From Candidatus Micrarchaeota archaeon (GTDB lineage: Archaea; Iainarchaeota; Iainarchaeia; JAADDC01), in NCBI GenBank assembly GCA_027046625.1, contig JALTXX010000003.1, positions 1 through 64,000 on the forward strand: a stretch of 64,000 bases of DNA, read 5' to 3'. A program made the translations under genes and the position numbers. Positions 8,337-18,137 of the stretch are shown piece by piece. The first letter of the stretch is position 1; each line of letters starts with the position of its first letter. The notes under the pieces were generated by a model, which saw nothing but the letters and a program-made list of their open reading frames with translations, ran no database searches and had not been told where the DNA came from.

Positions 8337-9356
8337 ATGTACATTAGAAGGTTTACAGGGGAGGAACGAGGTATACTGCTCAATCCCCAAGTATTTGACC
8401 CTTCCTATATTCCAGAAGAGCTTCCCTTTAGAGAGGAGCAAATGGAAACTATCGCATCGGAGATAAACATGTACATAAGAGAAGGAAAGGCAACACATCT
8501 TCTCCTTTACGGTCCGCCTGGCACAGGAAAGACTGTTACGCTGAAAAAGCTTTTATCTGAGGCAGAAGCGGTATATTCTGTCAAAACCATCTATATAAAT
8601 GGATGGAAGCATAGAACCACAACCTCTATACTTACAGAGATGGCAACAAAACTGGGAGTAGGAGTATCTGTGAGGGGAATGTCCACGGGTAGGTTATTAT
8701 CTATTGTAGAGGGAGGGATTGAAGGTCCTCTCATTGTGGCACTTGACGAAGTAGACAGGGTATCGGATCAAGAAATACTATATGAGCTGAGTAGGATGGG
8801 TATCATGTTTATAGGGGTTGCCAACCAGCTATATTTTATCTATAGGCTTGATCCTCGTATAGTATCTACACTTTATGGTATTAAAATAGAGTACAAACCT
8901 TATACAGTCCCCCAGTTAACAGAGATTCTCAGAAGGAGGGCAGAAGCAGGCTTATATCCAGGAACTTGGAATGAGGAGGTGTTGAGAGGGTGTGCTGCGG
9001 TAGGGTTTAGCAGAAATGGGGATGCGAGAATTGCCATCGAGTGTTTGTATACGGCTGCTCGCATAGCAGAGAGGGAAGGAGATGTTATCACTTTGGATCA
9101 TGTGAGAAGAGCAAAAGAAATGGTAGGCAGACCGCTGGATTTGGATCCCAAGTATATGAAAATCGTGGAAATTTTGAGGGCAGAAGGCCCTCTTACTGTA
9201 AAAGAGTTATACCAGAGGTATGTAAAGTATAATCCCATTAGTATAAGAGCCTTTAGGAACTACATAAGGGAACTTGAGCGATTAAATGTTATATCTGTCC
9301 AGAGGTTAAACAGAAGGGGTCAAGTAAGAGAGGTAAGATTGGTAGAGTACCTTTAA
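8337..9356 (+). CDS. cdc6: Orc1/Cdc6 replication initiator
   Basis: YIPEELPFREEQ, Walker A GPPGTGKT, LDEVD, GDARIAI, C-terminal winged helix. Confidence 0.93.
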   Translation: MYIRRFTGEERGILLNPQVFDPSYIPEELPFREEQMETIASEINMYIREGKATHLLLYGPPGTGKTVTLKKLLSEAEAVYSVKTIYINGWKHRTTTSILTEMATKLGVGVSVRGMSTGRLLSIVEGGIEGPLIVALDEVDRVSDQEILYELSRMGIMFIGVANQLYFIYRLDPRIVSTLYGIKIEYKPYTVPQLTEILRRRAEAGLYPGTWNEEVLRGCAAVGFSRNGDARIAIECLYTAARIAEREGDVITLDHVRRAKEMVGRPLDLDPKYMKIVEILRAEGPLTVKELYQRYVKYNPISIRAFRNYIRELERLNVISVQRLNRRGQVREVRLVEYL

Positions 9357-9380
9357 ATAGGGGAAAGCCCTTCTCTACTT

Positions 9381-9566
9381 ATGGATAACAAGGAGGTGGC
9401 TCTTGAACTGTTGAAGATGTACCTCCAACATCATAGAGGCGAGATCTCCCTAGAAGAGCTCGTAGAGGCCTATCTTGCAATTGTTGAAATGTTGGAAACT
9501 CCTATACCAAAGGAAAAGTCCCCGGACTACTCAGCTCCTCTATCCCTTTCAGATAAAGAGGCCTAG
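9381..9566 (+). CDS. Small hypothetical protein
   Basis: 61-aa helical ORF behind a TTTAAATA promoter-like element. Confidence 0.6.
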   Translation: MDNKEVALELLKMYLQHHRGEISLEELVEAYLAIVEMLETPIPKEKSPDYSAPLSLSDKEA

Positions 9567-10291
9567 CCTTCTACGGGATATACGATCATTCCCCTTTCCC
9601 TTGTAATCTCTATGGGATGTATGTTGGTAGAGTGGTTAGTGCCTCTCATCTTTCTTATGTGGAGAGTTCTTGTGGTGGGGCCTCCGCCTCCCAGATACGA
9701 AAGTATGATTACCCCATCAGCTACAAACTCCTCTACTCCATACTTAGAATAGAAGTTGGAGTTTTCTGGAATTTCAGATGTTATAATAGAGGTTAACCCA
9801 CTTTTCATGAGGGCATAACTCATCTTTAAAATAGCCTTTCTAATATCGTTCTCGCTTTCGTATCTAAATCCTAGTGCAGGCAACGAATCTACAGCCACTC
9901 TTTTGGCTCCCATTTCTTTGGCAGCTTTTATAATCTCCACGAGCAGCCTATCTATGTCAAAACCGGTTTCTGGCATGTGGTACACTTCTTCTGAAGGAAG
10001 TCCAACCTTTGCAATGGAGGCATCTATGATGCGTATCATATCCTTTTCTTCCTCCCTCTTGAAGTCCCACCCAAATTGTAGCATATCTTCCCTTATAAGG
10101 TTGGGCCTCTCATCGAGGGTTACCAAAATACCGGGTTCGTCGTAGTCTACGGCACCTTTATATATAAACTGGCTGCAGAAGATGGTTTTACCGGTACCCG
10201 TAGCTCCTGAAACGAGTATCATCCTTCTCCGGGGAAAACCCCCTTCTATGAGCTCGTCCAATCCCTCTATACCGGTTGGTACTCTGTCCAT
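9563..10291 (-). CDS. KaiC/RAD55-family single-domain ATPase
   Basis: RVPTGIEGLDELIEGGFP, GATGTGKT, EEFVADGVI, IRKMRGT. Confidence 0.93.
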   Translation of the reverse strand: MDRVPTGIEGLDELIEGGFPRRRMILVSGATGTGKTIFCSQFIYKGAVDYDEPGILVTLDERPNLIREDMLQFGWDFKREEEKDMIRIIDASIAKVGLPSEEVYHMPETGFDIDRLLVEIIKAAKEMGAKRVAVDSLPALGFRYESENDIRKAILKMSYALMKSGLTSIITSEIPENSNFYSKYGVEEFVADGVIILSYLGGGGPTTRTLHIRKMRGTNHSTNIHPIEITRERGMIVYPVEG

Positions 10292-10341
10292 GTTCTAATA
10301 ATACACCCCCATCTAAATAACCTTTTCCCCCATATTATGAG

Positions 10342-10680
10342 GTGGCACGGAGGCCATCTGCAGAGGAAACATATGTGAAAGATATAGCAGAAGAGGGCAA
10401 GCTGTATGCTGTAGAGGGTGTTATAGTGTCTTCTGACCCGACAAGGGGTGAAGGTGTATTAGATGATGGTACAGGAACTCTCAAATTTGTATTGGATAGT
10501 ATGATATTTGCGGAAAGGATAAAGGAAGGAACGTTTGTGCGTCTTATAGGGAGGGCATATCTAACGGATGATGGTATTGTTTTAAGAGCAGAGGTAGTAA
10601 ACAATCTTAACGTAGGAAGTGATATGTATAATAGGGTAAAAAGGTTAGAAAGGAGGGTTTATCATGAGGGTGGTGTTTGA
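10342..10680 (+). CDS. Small OB-fold RPA subunit
   Basis: LDDGTG..VRLIGR OB motif; first gene of the replication operon. Confidence 0.75.
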   Translation: MARRPSAEETYVKDIAEEGKLYAVEGVIVSSDPTRGEGVLDDGTGTLKFVLDSMIFAERIKEGTFVRLIGRAYLTDDGIVLRAEVVNNLNVGSDMYNRVKRLERRVYHEGGV

Positions 10681-11401
10681 AGGAGCGGATGTGTTCAAAA
10701 AATCCATGAAAGCCATTGGAAATATCGTGGATGAAGGGGTATTTACCTTTGATGATGAAGGTATGAAGCTCAGATCTACTGATCCATCAAAGATAGCCAT
10801 GGTGGACTTCCTTTTGCCTAAGCACGCCTTTAGAGAATATGAGGTAGAGGGTGAGACAAAGGTAGGACTCAACATAGACGAGGTTATGAATGCCTTGAAG
10901 AGGGTGAAGAGTAGTGAGGAGGTACACCTCTCCCTAGAGGATGGGAGATTTATAATAGAGCTTGTGGGAAAGGCAAAAAGAAGGTTTGTGCTTCCTGTAC
11001 TTGACATAGGGGGGTCAGAACTCCCCACACCGAAGCTATCGTTTACAGCAAGCTCAAAGGTAATATCAGAGGTGTTACAAAACGCATTCAAAGACGCAGA
11101 GGTATTCTCTAGCCATGTTACGATAGAAATGGACTCAGAAACCTTCAAGGTGAGTGCTAGTGGTGCGAGGGGTGAGTATGTGTTGGAGCTAAAGAAGGAT
11201 GTACATGATTCTTTGCTGGATCTAGCTGTTAGCGAACCTGCAAGAGCTTCCTATCCATTGGACTATCTCCAAGACATGTTAAGTGAGGTGAGTAAAACAG
11301 CAGCGGTTACCATAGCAATAAAGACAGACGCACCTCTTAAACTGGGGTATAACATAGGGGATGCAAGCTTTGTGTACTATCTCGCTCCCCGCATTGAGTG
11401 A
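10664..11401 (+). CDS. pcn: DNA sliding clamp PCNA (canonical copy)
   Basis: STDPSKIAMVD, YPLDYL, C-terminal YYLAPRIE. Confidence 0.95.
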   Translation: MRVVFEGADVFKKSMKAIGNIVDEGVFTFDDEGMKLRSTDPSKIAMVDFLLPKHAFREYEVEGETKVGLNIDEVMNALKRVKSSEEVHLSLEDGRFIIELVGKAKRRFVLPVLDIGGSELPTPKLSFTASSKVISEVLQNAFKDAEVFSSHVTIEMDSETFKVSASGARGEYVLELKKDVHDSLLDLAVSEPARASYPLDYLQDMLSEVSKTAAVTIAIKTDAPLKLGYNIGDASFVYYLAPRIE

Positions 11402-12135
11402 TAGATATGTTAATATTCAGGGTGTCTCCCAGAGATACAAGGGCTTGGAAGACAACCTTTGATGTAATATCCCAATTTATTACGGAGGGTATACTTCAGT
11501 TTAGAGAAAGGGGCATCGAGTTCGAAGCTCTCGATCCTTCAATGATACTCTTTGTGAGAATGTTTTATCCAAAGGAAGGATTTTCTGTCTATGAACTGAA
11601 ACACCCAATCGTGAATGTGCCCCTCCCGCTCTCGGAGCTCCAGAGAATACTCGGAAGGGTACAGCAGAGCGCAAATCTTATTTTAGAGCTGCATGGGAGT
11701 ACCTTGAAAATCTATATAGAGGGAGAACGCTCAATAAAGGAGTATCTCTTGCCTGTTATAGATATGGAACCATCTCCTGTAGCCATAAATCTACCTCAGG
11801 AAGGAGCCAAGATAATTGCTTTGGCGGAGGACATAAGGGACGCCCTGAGAGATGTGGGTGTGGTATCCAAGCAGGTAACTGTAGGAGTGAAGGATGGCAA
11901 ACTATATTTTGAGAGTGTGGAGGGAAACAGCAAGGCAAAGACTGTGATAGAAAGAGCAAATGTGGACGCATCTTCTAATGTAAAATCCGTATACCCTCTA
12001 GATTACCTTTCAAGTATTGTGAGGGGGGCGGAAGATGAGATATCTATGGTGGTGGGAGAGGATTCTCCCATAAGGATAGATTATAGAACAGGTGACGCCA
12101 GGCTTATGTTTGTTCTTGCACCTATACTATTATGA
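11398..12135 (+). CDS. pcn: Second, divergent PCNA paralog
   Basis: ALDPSMILFV, SVYPLDYL, FVLAP; same length (245 aa) as copy 1. Confidence 0.88.
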   Translation: MIDMLIFRVSPRDTRAWKTTFDVISQFITEGILQFRERGIEFEALDPSMILFVRMFYPKEGFSVYELKHPIVNVPLPLSELQRILGRVQQSANLILELHGSTLKIYIEGERSIKEYLLPVIDMEPSPVAINLPQEGAKIIALAEDIRDALRDVGVVSKQVTVGVKDGKLYFESVEGNSKAKTVIERANVDASSNVKSVYPLDYLSSIVRGAEDEISMVVGEDSPIRIDYRTGDARLMFVLAPILL

Positions 12136-12950
12136 TGTATAACTATGTACCCTTTCTTGCCATAAAGGAAAAGAGAAAGGACTTACTACCAGAACCATCA
12201 AAGATAGAAAAGTCAGAGGTGGAAGCGGTTGGAAATAGACTGAAAACCATTCTTTTCAGGGGAAAGACCCCTCCTTCCAATCCAAAAGTGTTTTTCATAG
12301 AGGCAAACATTGTATCTCTGTCTCCCTCGTCCTTTCTAAAGGAGCGATGGGCTAAATACTATGCAGATCTCGCTCTTCATATTTTAAGGGAAAGAGGTAT
12401 CTACGATGTAGGTGATAGGATAAAGATTGGGGATTTTCTTCGCATAAGGAGGCCGTATAACGAGCTGAAGCTCTATCACCTTGAGGTGGAGGGGGGAGAA
12501 GTAGATGTTTCGAGGGTAAGACATCTACTAGAAGCTTCCATACTGTTTACTGAAATATTGGAATGGATAGAGAAGATTCAACCACTTGCGTCTCAGATAG
12601 AGGTATTCAGAGAGGCTACAAAGTACCTCCAACCTCCTACAAGAAAGAGGGGAAACAAGTTTATTCAGACCCTTCTTGAGGCTGTAGGCATCCCAGATGG
12701 AAGAAAGAGGATACTGTACTATTGGCTGATACCCTACTGGGTTACTATTGAGGGGAAGAGCAATGACGAGGTATTAGAGTCAGCCCTTGAGTGGTTGTCT
12801 AGGCAGGGAGGAGCCAAGGTGTACACATCCTGGATACTCTCAGAGGCAGACAATGTAAGAACAAAAGGAATAAAACCTTGGAGCTTGGGGAAAGTGGAAA
12901 AGGTAGATAAAGAGCTAGTAAATATTCTGCGGGAGATGAGAATAGTATGA
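12132..12950 (+). CDS. priL: Primase large subunit N-terminal domain fused to a PriX-like C-terminal domain
   Basis: YVPFL and LKLYHLEVEGGEV are PriL-N-like; IPDGRKRILYYWLIPY is PriX-like; located between pcn and priS. Confidence 0.75.
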   Translation: MMYNYVPFLAIKEKRKDLLPEPSKIEKSEVEAVGNRLKTILFRGKTPPSNPKVFFIEANIVSLSPSSFLKERWAKYYADLALHILRERGIYDVGDRIKIGDFLRIRRPYNELKLYHLEVEGGEVDVSRVRHLLEASILFTEILEWIEKIQPLASQIEVFREATKYLQPPTRKRGNKFIQTLLEAVGIPDGRKRILYYWLIPYWVTIEGKSNDEVLESALEWLSRQGGAKVYTSWILSEADNVRTKGIKPWSLGKVEKVDKELVNILREMRIV

Positions 12951-14149
12951 TGGAGCTACTAAGAGATGCCATAAAAAAGTACTATACCTCTACGAGGATA
13001 TCAGCCCCTCCAGAGATAGAAAAGAGAGAATTTGGGTATAGTAAGGAGGTGGGCCAGAAGATTAGAACAAGACATGTATCCTTCCAAAGTGAAGAGGAAC
13101 TGAACAAATTTCTCAGAGCAGAAAGCCCCTTTTACATCTCCTACTCTGTGGGGTATTTCAAGTACCCCTCTGCCACACCCATGGAGAACAAGGTGATGTT
13201 GGGGGCAGATATGGTGTTTGAATTTGATGCAGATGAGGTAGGCGTTTTCACGGAAAAGGATGTGTGGATATGTGACAACTGCAATCTAAAGGGATTTGGA
13301 TACAGAGAGACCTGCCCCAAATGTGGAAAACCCGTTAGAATGGAGCTGTTTCCCTCTGAAGAGCGGGAAAAGAAACTGAAGGAGATGGTACACTCTCTTA
13401 TAAACGATGTACTAATAGGTGAGCTGGGATTCTCAGAGAGGGAGGTAGAGGTGAACTTTTCAGGTAATAGAGGATACCATATACACCTTAGAAGTGATGT
13501 AGTGAGAGAGTTGGATAAGGATGCAAGGATAGAGCTAGCAGAATATATTACAGGGCAATCTATAGACCCTAGGTATCTATTTTCAGAACCTATTAGATGT
13601 GGGAAGGAGTTTTGTATAAGAGGGCCTAAACCAACAGACAAAGGCTGGCCTGGACGGATAGCTAGGGCTGTATACGAGATTATAAAGGAGGGGAGGGAGG
13701 AGCTTCTGAAGGAAGTGGGCGTAAACCCGTCGGAGATAAGAAACTACCACCTCTATATTGAAAGGGGTGAATGGCCGGCACCGCAGAGATACCCTCTTAG
13801 GGTATGGATAGAGCTTGCAAGAAGGATGGCTCCTCTGAGAGGATATACTATAGACACATCCACAACGGTTGATATACATAGACTGATAAGACTTCCAGAT
13901 AGTATACACGGAAGTACCGGCTTATCTGCCAAAAGGGTGTCCTCATTGAGCACCTTTGACCCCTATAGAGATGCGGTGGTGCTTCCCTCTGTAGAGGTTA
14001 CGGTAAAAGTAGATATATCACCATCCTTTAGGATGAAGAGGAGAGAGTTCGGACCATTTAAAAATGAGGTGGTGGAGCTACCTCTTTATGTTGCTTACTA
14101 CCTAATAGGTAGGGGGGTGGCCCAATGGCGCTTGACTTCCAGCGCATAA
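12947..14149 (+). CDS. priS: DNA primase catalytic subunit
   Basis: DMVFEFDAD, FSGNRGYHIH, IDTSTTVDIHRLIRLPDSIHG; inserted CxxC..CxxC. Confidence 0.95.
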   Translation: MMELLRDAIKKYYTSTRISAPPEIEKREFGYSKEVGQKIRTRHVSFQSEEELNKFLRAESPFYISYSVGYFKYPSATPMENKVMLGADMVFEFDADEVGVFTEKDVWICDNCNLKGFGYRETCPKCGKPVRMELFPSEEREKKLKEMVHSLINDVLIGELGFSEREVEVNFSGNRGYHIHLRSDVVRELDKDARIELAEYITGQSIDPRYLFSEPIRCGKEFCIRGPKPTDKGWPGRIARAVYEIIKEGREELLKEVGVNPSEIRNYHLYIERGEWPAPQRYPLRVWIELARRMAPLRGYTIDTSTTVDIHRLIRLPDSIHGSTGLSAKRVSSLSTFDPYRDAVVLPSVEVTVKVDISPSFRMKRREFGPFKNEVVELPLYVAYYLIGRGVAQWRLTSSA

Positions 14150-14658
14150 AAAACGTGCATCTTGCAGAAAAGAGCAGCGCAGACCTAAGTAAGGTAGAGC
14201 CGGACTTTTATGAGCAGCTGGCCAAGTTTTTACAGGAGGAGAGAAAGAAATTTTATGAAATGGTGGAGAAGAGCGCTGATAATCTAGATCCTGCAGATGT
14301 ATACTATTATAAGAACCTTTCCACCATAGTAAGGGAGATTATTCTTATGAGATCTGAAAAGGTGGTAAGAAGGGCTGTTCAAGAAGTAAATAGTCCAGCC
14401 TCTTCTGAAAATATGGTGGATTGGGAGAAAGAACTATACTGGCATGTTAGAAAAGAGGTGGAATCTAGATTATCAAGTGTGGTGGGAGAGGGGAGTCATT
14501 TAAATCTTGTGCGTGTGAGGATTCTTACAGATATACCCATGTTTGTGGGGCCGGATCTAAAGGAGTATGGGCCCTACAGAATGGGTGAAGAGGTCCCCCT
14601 TCCTAGGGAGGTGGCAGAACTCCTGAAAAGTAAGGGGCAGGCGGAGGTGATAGAATGA
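14125..14658 (+). CDS. GINS subunit (Gins15/Gins51)
   Basis: DFYEQL and C-terminal B domain [20 protein letters not shown]; conserved position after priS. Confidence 0.85.
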   Translation: MALDFQRIKNVHLAEKSSADLSKVEPDFYEQLAKFLQEERKKFYEMVEKSADNLDPADVYYYKNLSTIVREIILMRSEKVVRRAVQEVNSPASSENMVDWEKELYWHVRKEVESRLSSVVGEGSHLNLVRVRILTDIPMFVGPDLKEYGPYRMGEEVPLPREVAELLKSKGQAEVIE

Positions 14659-14843
14659 AACTACCCATACCAGTTCCTAGATCAAGGTTTCTTAGGGTAA
14701 AGTGCCCTTCCTGTGGTAGTGTTAACATTGTGTTTGACCGTGCATCCACTGTGGTGACGTGCCTATCCTGTGGGGAGGTGTTGGCAGAGCCTACAGGAGG
14801 AAAGGCGAAGATATTGGGCGAGGTTGTGGAGGTACTCACATGA
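14655..14843 (+). CDS. rps27e: 30S ribosomal protein S27e
   Basis: [24 protein letters not shown]. Confidence 0.96.
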   Translation: MKLPIPVPRSRFLRVKCPSCGSVNIVFDRASTVVTCLSCGEVLAEPTGGKAKILGEVVEVLT

Positions 14844-15598
14844 AGGCACCGGAACAGAACGATTATGTGGTGGTAAAGGTAACGCGCATCATCCAGTACG
14901 GAGCGTATGTAGAGCTTGAAGAGTTTCCCGGCTGGACAGGGTTTATACATATATCTGAGGTAGCTCCTTACTGGGTAAAGAACATAAGAAGCCATGTTAG
15001 AGAGGGACAAACAAGGGTAGCCAAGGTATTGAAGGTATACCCAGACAAGAAGAGTACAGATCTTTCTCTGAAAAGAGTACCTCAAGCTATAGCCAAGAGA
15101 AAGATGGAAGAGCTTAGGAGATCAAAGAGGGGAAAGTTCCTTCTTGAGCTTGCCGCAAAGTCTATGGGGAGAGATCCTAAAGAGGTGGAAGAGGTATTGG
15201 AAAAGGAGTTTGGAGATGTGTTTGGAGCCTTTGAAAATGCAGCTCTCTATGGAAGGGAAGTATTAGAGAGTGTGGATATAGATGAGGAGTGGAAAAGGGC
15301 TATTGTAGAGATTGCAAACAAGTATATAGAGATTCCAAGGAAGAAAGTGATGAGAACCCTTGAAATAACAGTTCCTGGCCCCTATGGAGCCAAGGTAATA
15401 AGAGAATCTCTTCTATCTATTATTAAAGAGAGCAAGCCAAACACAGAGATAAGGGCATATGTGGCAGGTGTGCCAAGATACACAGTTGAGGTAATTTCCC
15501 ATGACTATAGAACGGCTGAGAAGGTAATAGATGAGATGGTGGAGCGTATAAGGGAGGGTGTGGAGAAGGAAAAGGGAAAAGTTGAGGTGGTAGAATGA
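14840..15598 (+). CDS. eif2a: Translation initiation factor aIF2 alpha
   Basis: S1 domain [30 protein letters not shown]; ATG at 14840. Confidence 0.95.
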   Translation: MKAPEQNDYVVVKVTRIIQYGAYVELEEFPGWTGFIHISEVAPYWVKNIRSHVREGQTRVAKVLKVYPDKKSTDLSLKRVPQAIAKRKMEELRRSKRGKFLLELAAKSMGRDPKEVEEVLEKEFGDVFGAFENAALYGREVLESVDIDEEWKRAIVEIANKYIEIPRKKVMRTLEITVPGPYGAKVIRESLLSIIKESKPNTEIRAYVAGVPRYTVEVISHDYRTAEKVIDEMVERIREGVEKEKGKVEVVE

Positions 15599-15768
15599 GA
15601 TTTCTTATGAGGAAGTGTGTAAAGTGCAAGATATACACATTCAAGGATAGGTGCCCCTCTTGTGGAGCGGAAACAGCATCGGCCCATCCTCCGAGGTTTT
15701 CCCCTGAAGATAAGTATGGAAAGTATAGGAGACTTGCAAAAAAGAAATGGGGGTTGGTAGATGTTTGA
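15595..15768 (+). CDS. nop10: H/ACA RNP protein Nop10 (not in ORF track)
   Basis: [40 protein letters not shown]. Confidence 0.95.
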   Translation: MRFLMRKCVKCKIYTFKDRCPSCGAETASAHPPRFSPEDKYGKYRRLAKKKWGLVDV

Positions 15769-16525
15769 ACTAAAAGAGATAAGGAGGGTAGAAGCTGAAG
15801 TTTTGGTAACAGGGTTGCCCGGATTTGGACGTGTGGGACACGTTGCAGCAAATTATTTGGTAGATAAGCTAAACCTAGAGCCTGTAGCAATACTACATTC
15901 ACATGTGTTTCCCCATGCTGTGGTGGTGGATGAAAAAGGGGTGTTAAGATTATTGAACAACACATTTTACTATGTGGAAGCAGAAAGACCCTTCATTCTT
16001 CTTACGGGGGATGTACAACCCTCCATAGATCCCAACGCATCCCCAGAGCCCCATCATCTTTATGCAAAATTTGTACTGGATTATGCTGAAGAGAGGGGCG
16101 TAAAGGAGATATACACTATGGCAGGGATGGATATTGGCCCCTCAAGGTTTACAGAGGGAACAGGTACGGTGTGCGCAGCTACCCATGAAGATATTATAAA
16201 ATCATTCACAGATATGGGCTGTGATATAGACAGGGGAGGCACCATTACGGGTATTGCAGGACTCTTGCTTGGTTATGCAAAGGAAAGGGGAATGAGAGGC
16301 GCCTGTATTATGGGCAAAACCTCTGGACAAATGACAAACCATGGGGATCCTGGTGCAGCAGCAGAGGTATTAAAACTTATGCAGAAGATTCTCGGCTTCT
16401 CAGTGGATTTAAAGGATTTAGAAGAGGCCAACAAAGAGATAGAGAAAGTAGTGAGAGGACTCATGACCGGCCCGCCAAAAGTCTCTGAAGAGAAGAAGAG
16501 AGAGAAGCTAGACTATATACAGTGA
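15761..16525 (+). CDS. PAC2-family proteasome assembly chaperone homolog
   Basis: [20 protein letters not shown]-terminal YIQ (HbYX-like). Confidence 0.88.
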   Translation: MFELKEIRRVEAEVLVTGLPGFGRVGHVAANYLVDKLNLEPVAILHSHVFPHAVVVDEKGVLRLLNNTFYYVEAERPFILLTGDVQPSIDPNASPEPHHLYAKFVLDYAEERGVKEIYTMAGMDIGPSRFTEGTGTVCAATHEDIIKSFTDMGCDIDRGGTITGIAGLLLGYAKERGMRGACIMGKTSGQMTNHGDPGAAAEVLKLMQKILGFSVDLKDLEEANKEIEKVVRGLMTGPPKVSEEKKREKLDYIQ

Positions 16526-16922
16526 TAGGTGTGAGAAAGAGTACTAATAACCTGTTTTCTAATAGAAGGAGAAGGGAAACCGCTATGGGTGTAGTAAAGA
16601 TGGGAAACGAGAGAGAGGAAAGTAAAATAGCTGTGTAATTGTCTCCTCCTAGAAGTATGTGCAGGAACGATGCAGCAATACCTTTTATAAGATGAGTTTC
16701 CAGTCTCTCTAGATCTCCCCTTCTGGCATACTCGTTATAGGCGGAGGATGTGAATACAGAGAGGGATAACACAAGATTTGGAATGATGGTAGAGGGTGAA
16801 ATAATTTTTAGGGAAGCAAAAAGCGACAAATATCCTACTACTAATAGGGAGAAGGCGTAACTTGATACTAGTACTATCACACACTGTGATAGAACGGACG
16901 GTTTTAAATGTATGGTGCCCAT
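16461..16922 (-). CDS. Hypothetical membrane protein
   Basis: Hydrophobic ORF filling the gap between two + strand genes. Confidence 0.5.
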   Translation of the reverse strand: MGTIHLKPSVLSQCVIVLVSSYAFSLLVVGYLSLFASLKIISPSTIIPNLVLSLSVFTSSAYNEYARRGDLERLETHLIKGIAASFLHILLGGDNYTAILLSSLSFPIFTTPIAVSLLLLLENRLLVLFLTPITVYSLASLSSSLQRLLAGRS

Positions 16923-18137
16923 TACCTTAGTGTGATAGAATTAGCGTATACCACAATATTGGGAATATTCTTGCTTATATCCCTTTTGTACTATGTTATC
17001 ACGGCTGCAAGCCTATCAATACAGAGGAAATACTATCCATCTAGTAGAAAAAAGCCCTTTGTAAGCGTCCATGTACCTGTATACAACGATATTATAGTTG
17101 GAAGGTTGTTGGATGCCCTAAAGAGGCAAAAGTATGAGCATTTTGAGGTTATCGTGGTGGATGATAGCGATGATCCTGAAACGAGACGTGTTATTGATGT
17201 ATATGAAAAGGATCCAAGGATTAAGGTTATAAGAAGGGATAGGAGGGAGGGATATAAGGCAGGAGCCCTTAATGAGGCATTAAAACATTCAAAAGGAGAA
17301 ATTATAGTGGTATTTGACTCAGATTTTGTACCTAGGGATAACTTCTTAGAGGAAGTAGTAAAACCCTTTGAAGACCCCTCTATTTCCTATGTTCAGGCCA
17401 GATGGGACTTTGAGAACCTTGATGAAAACCTTGTAACTGTGTTTGCAGGTGTTCCACTCCTTATGTATCACTATCTCTTCTATCCTCTTATGGACAGATT
17501 TGGAGTTCCCTATCTATCAGGTACTGCTATGGCCATAAGAAAGAAGGCACTTGAAGATGTGGGAGGTTGGAGGAACGGTACCCTAACAGAGGATGGGGAC
17601 ATGAGCATGAGACTTATTATGAAGGGTTACAGGGGAGCCTACCTCCATTCTCCAGAAACACCTAGCCAGCTTCCGAGGGGATTGAAAACATTTTGCGTGC
17701 AGCAGCAGCGTTGGAGTACAGGAATGTTAGAAGCGTTATACCTTAATGGGAAGGCCCTTATCTATTCTAAGAAGATAAACTTCACACAAAAGATGCTAGC
17801 CCTCGTTATACCCCTTCTAAACCTTATATTTCCTGTCGTTGCAATTATTGTGGTAGTGTCCTTGTATCTATGGGGTGTAGGAGTTTCTCCTATCACACCT
17901 GAGATGGCACCCATCTTATTGTTGTTAGGTTCTGGTTATGTGGTGGCCGGTCTTGTATCCCTTTATAAGAAGGGAAAACTACACCTTTTCCCTCATTTTA
18001 TCCTCTCTACCTACATTGTGGGACCGGTGTTAGCGTTCTACAATACCTTAGCCATGGTAAAGAGAGCAATAACCGGTCACTTACACTGGGTGGTAACTCC
18101 CAAGGAGGTTAGAGCAGCAAATCCAACATACAGGTAA
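16908..18137 (+). CDS. Processive GT2 glycosyltransferase (cellulose-synthase-like)
   Basis: VDDS, KAGALN, FDSD, TED and QQQRW motifs plus TM helices. Confidence 0.9.
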   Translation: MYGAHYLSVIELAYTTILGIFLLISLLYYVITAASLSIQRKYYPSSRKKPFVSVHVPVYNDIIVGRLLDALKRQKYEHFEVIVVDDSDDPETRRVIDVYEKDPRIKVIRRDRREGYKAGALNEALKHSKGEIIVVFDSDFVPRDNFLEEVVKPFEDPSISYVQARWDFENLDENLVTVFAGVPLLMYHYLFYPLMDRFGVPYLSGTAMAIRKKALEDVGGWRNGTLTEDGDMSMRLIMKGYRGAYLHSPETPSQLPRGLKTFCVQQQRWSTGMLEALYLNGKALIYSKKINFTQKMLALVIPLLNLIFPVVAIIVVVSLYLWGVGVSPITPEMAPILLLLGSGYVVAGLVSLYKKGKLHLFPHFILSTYIVGPVLAFYNTLAMVKRAITGHLHWVVTPKEVRAANPTYR

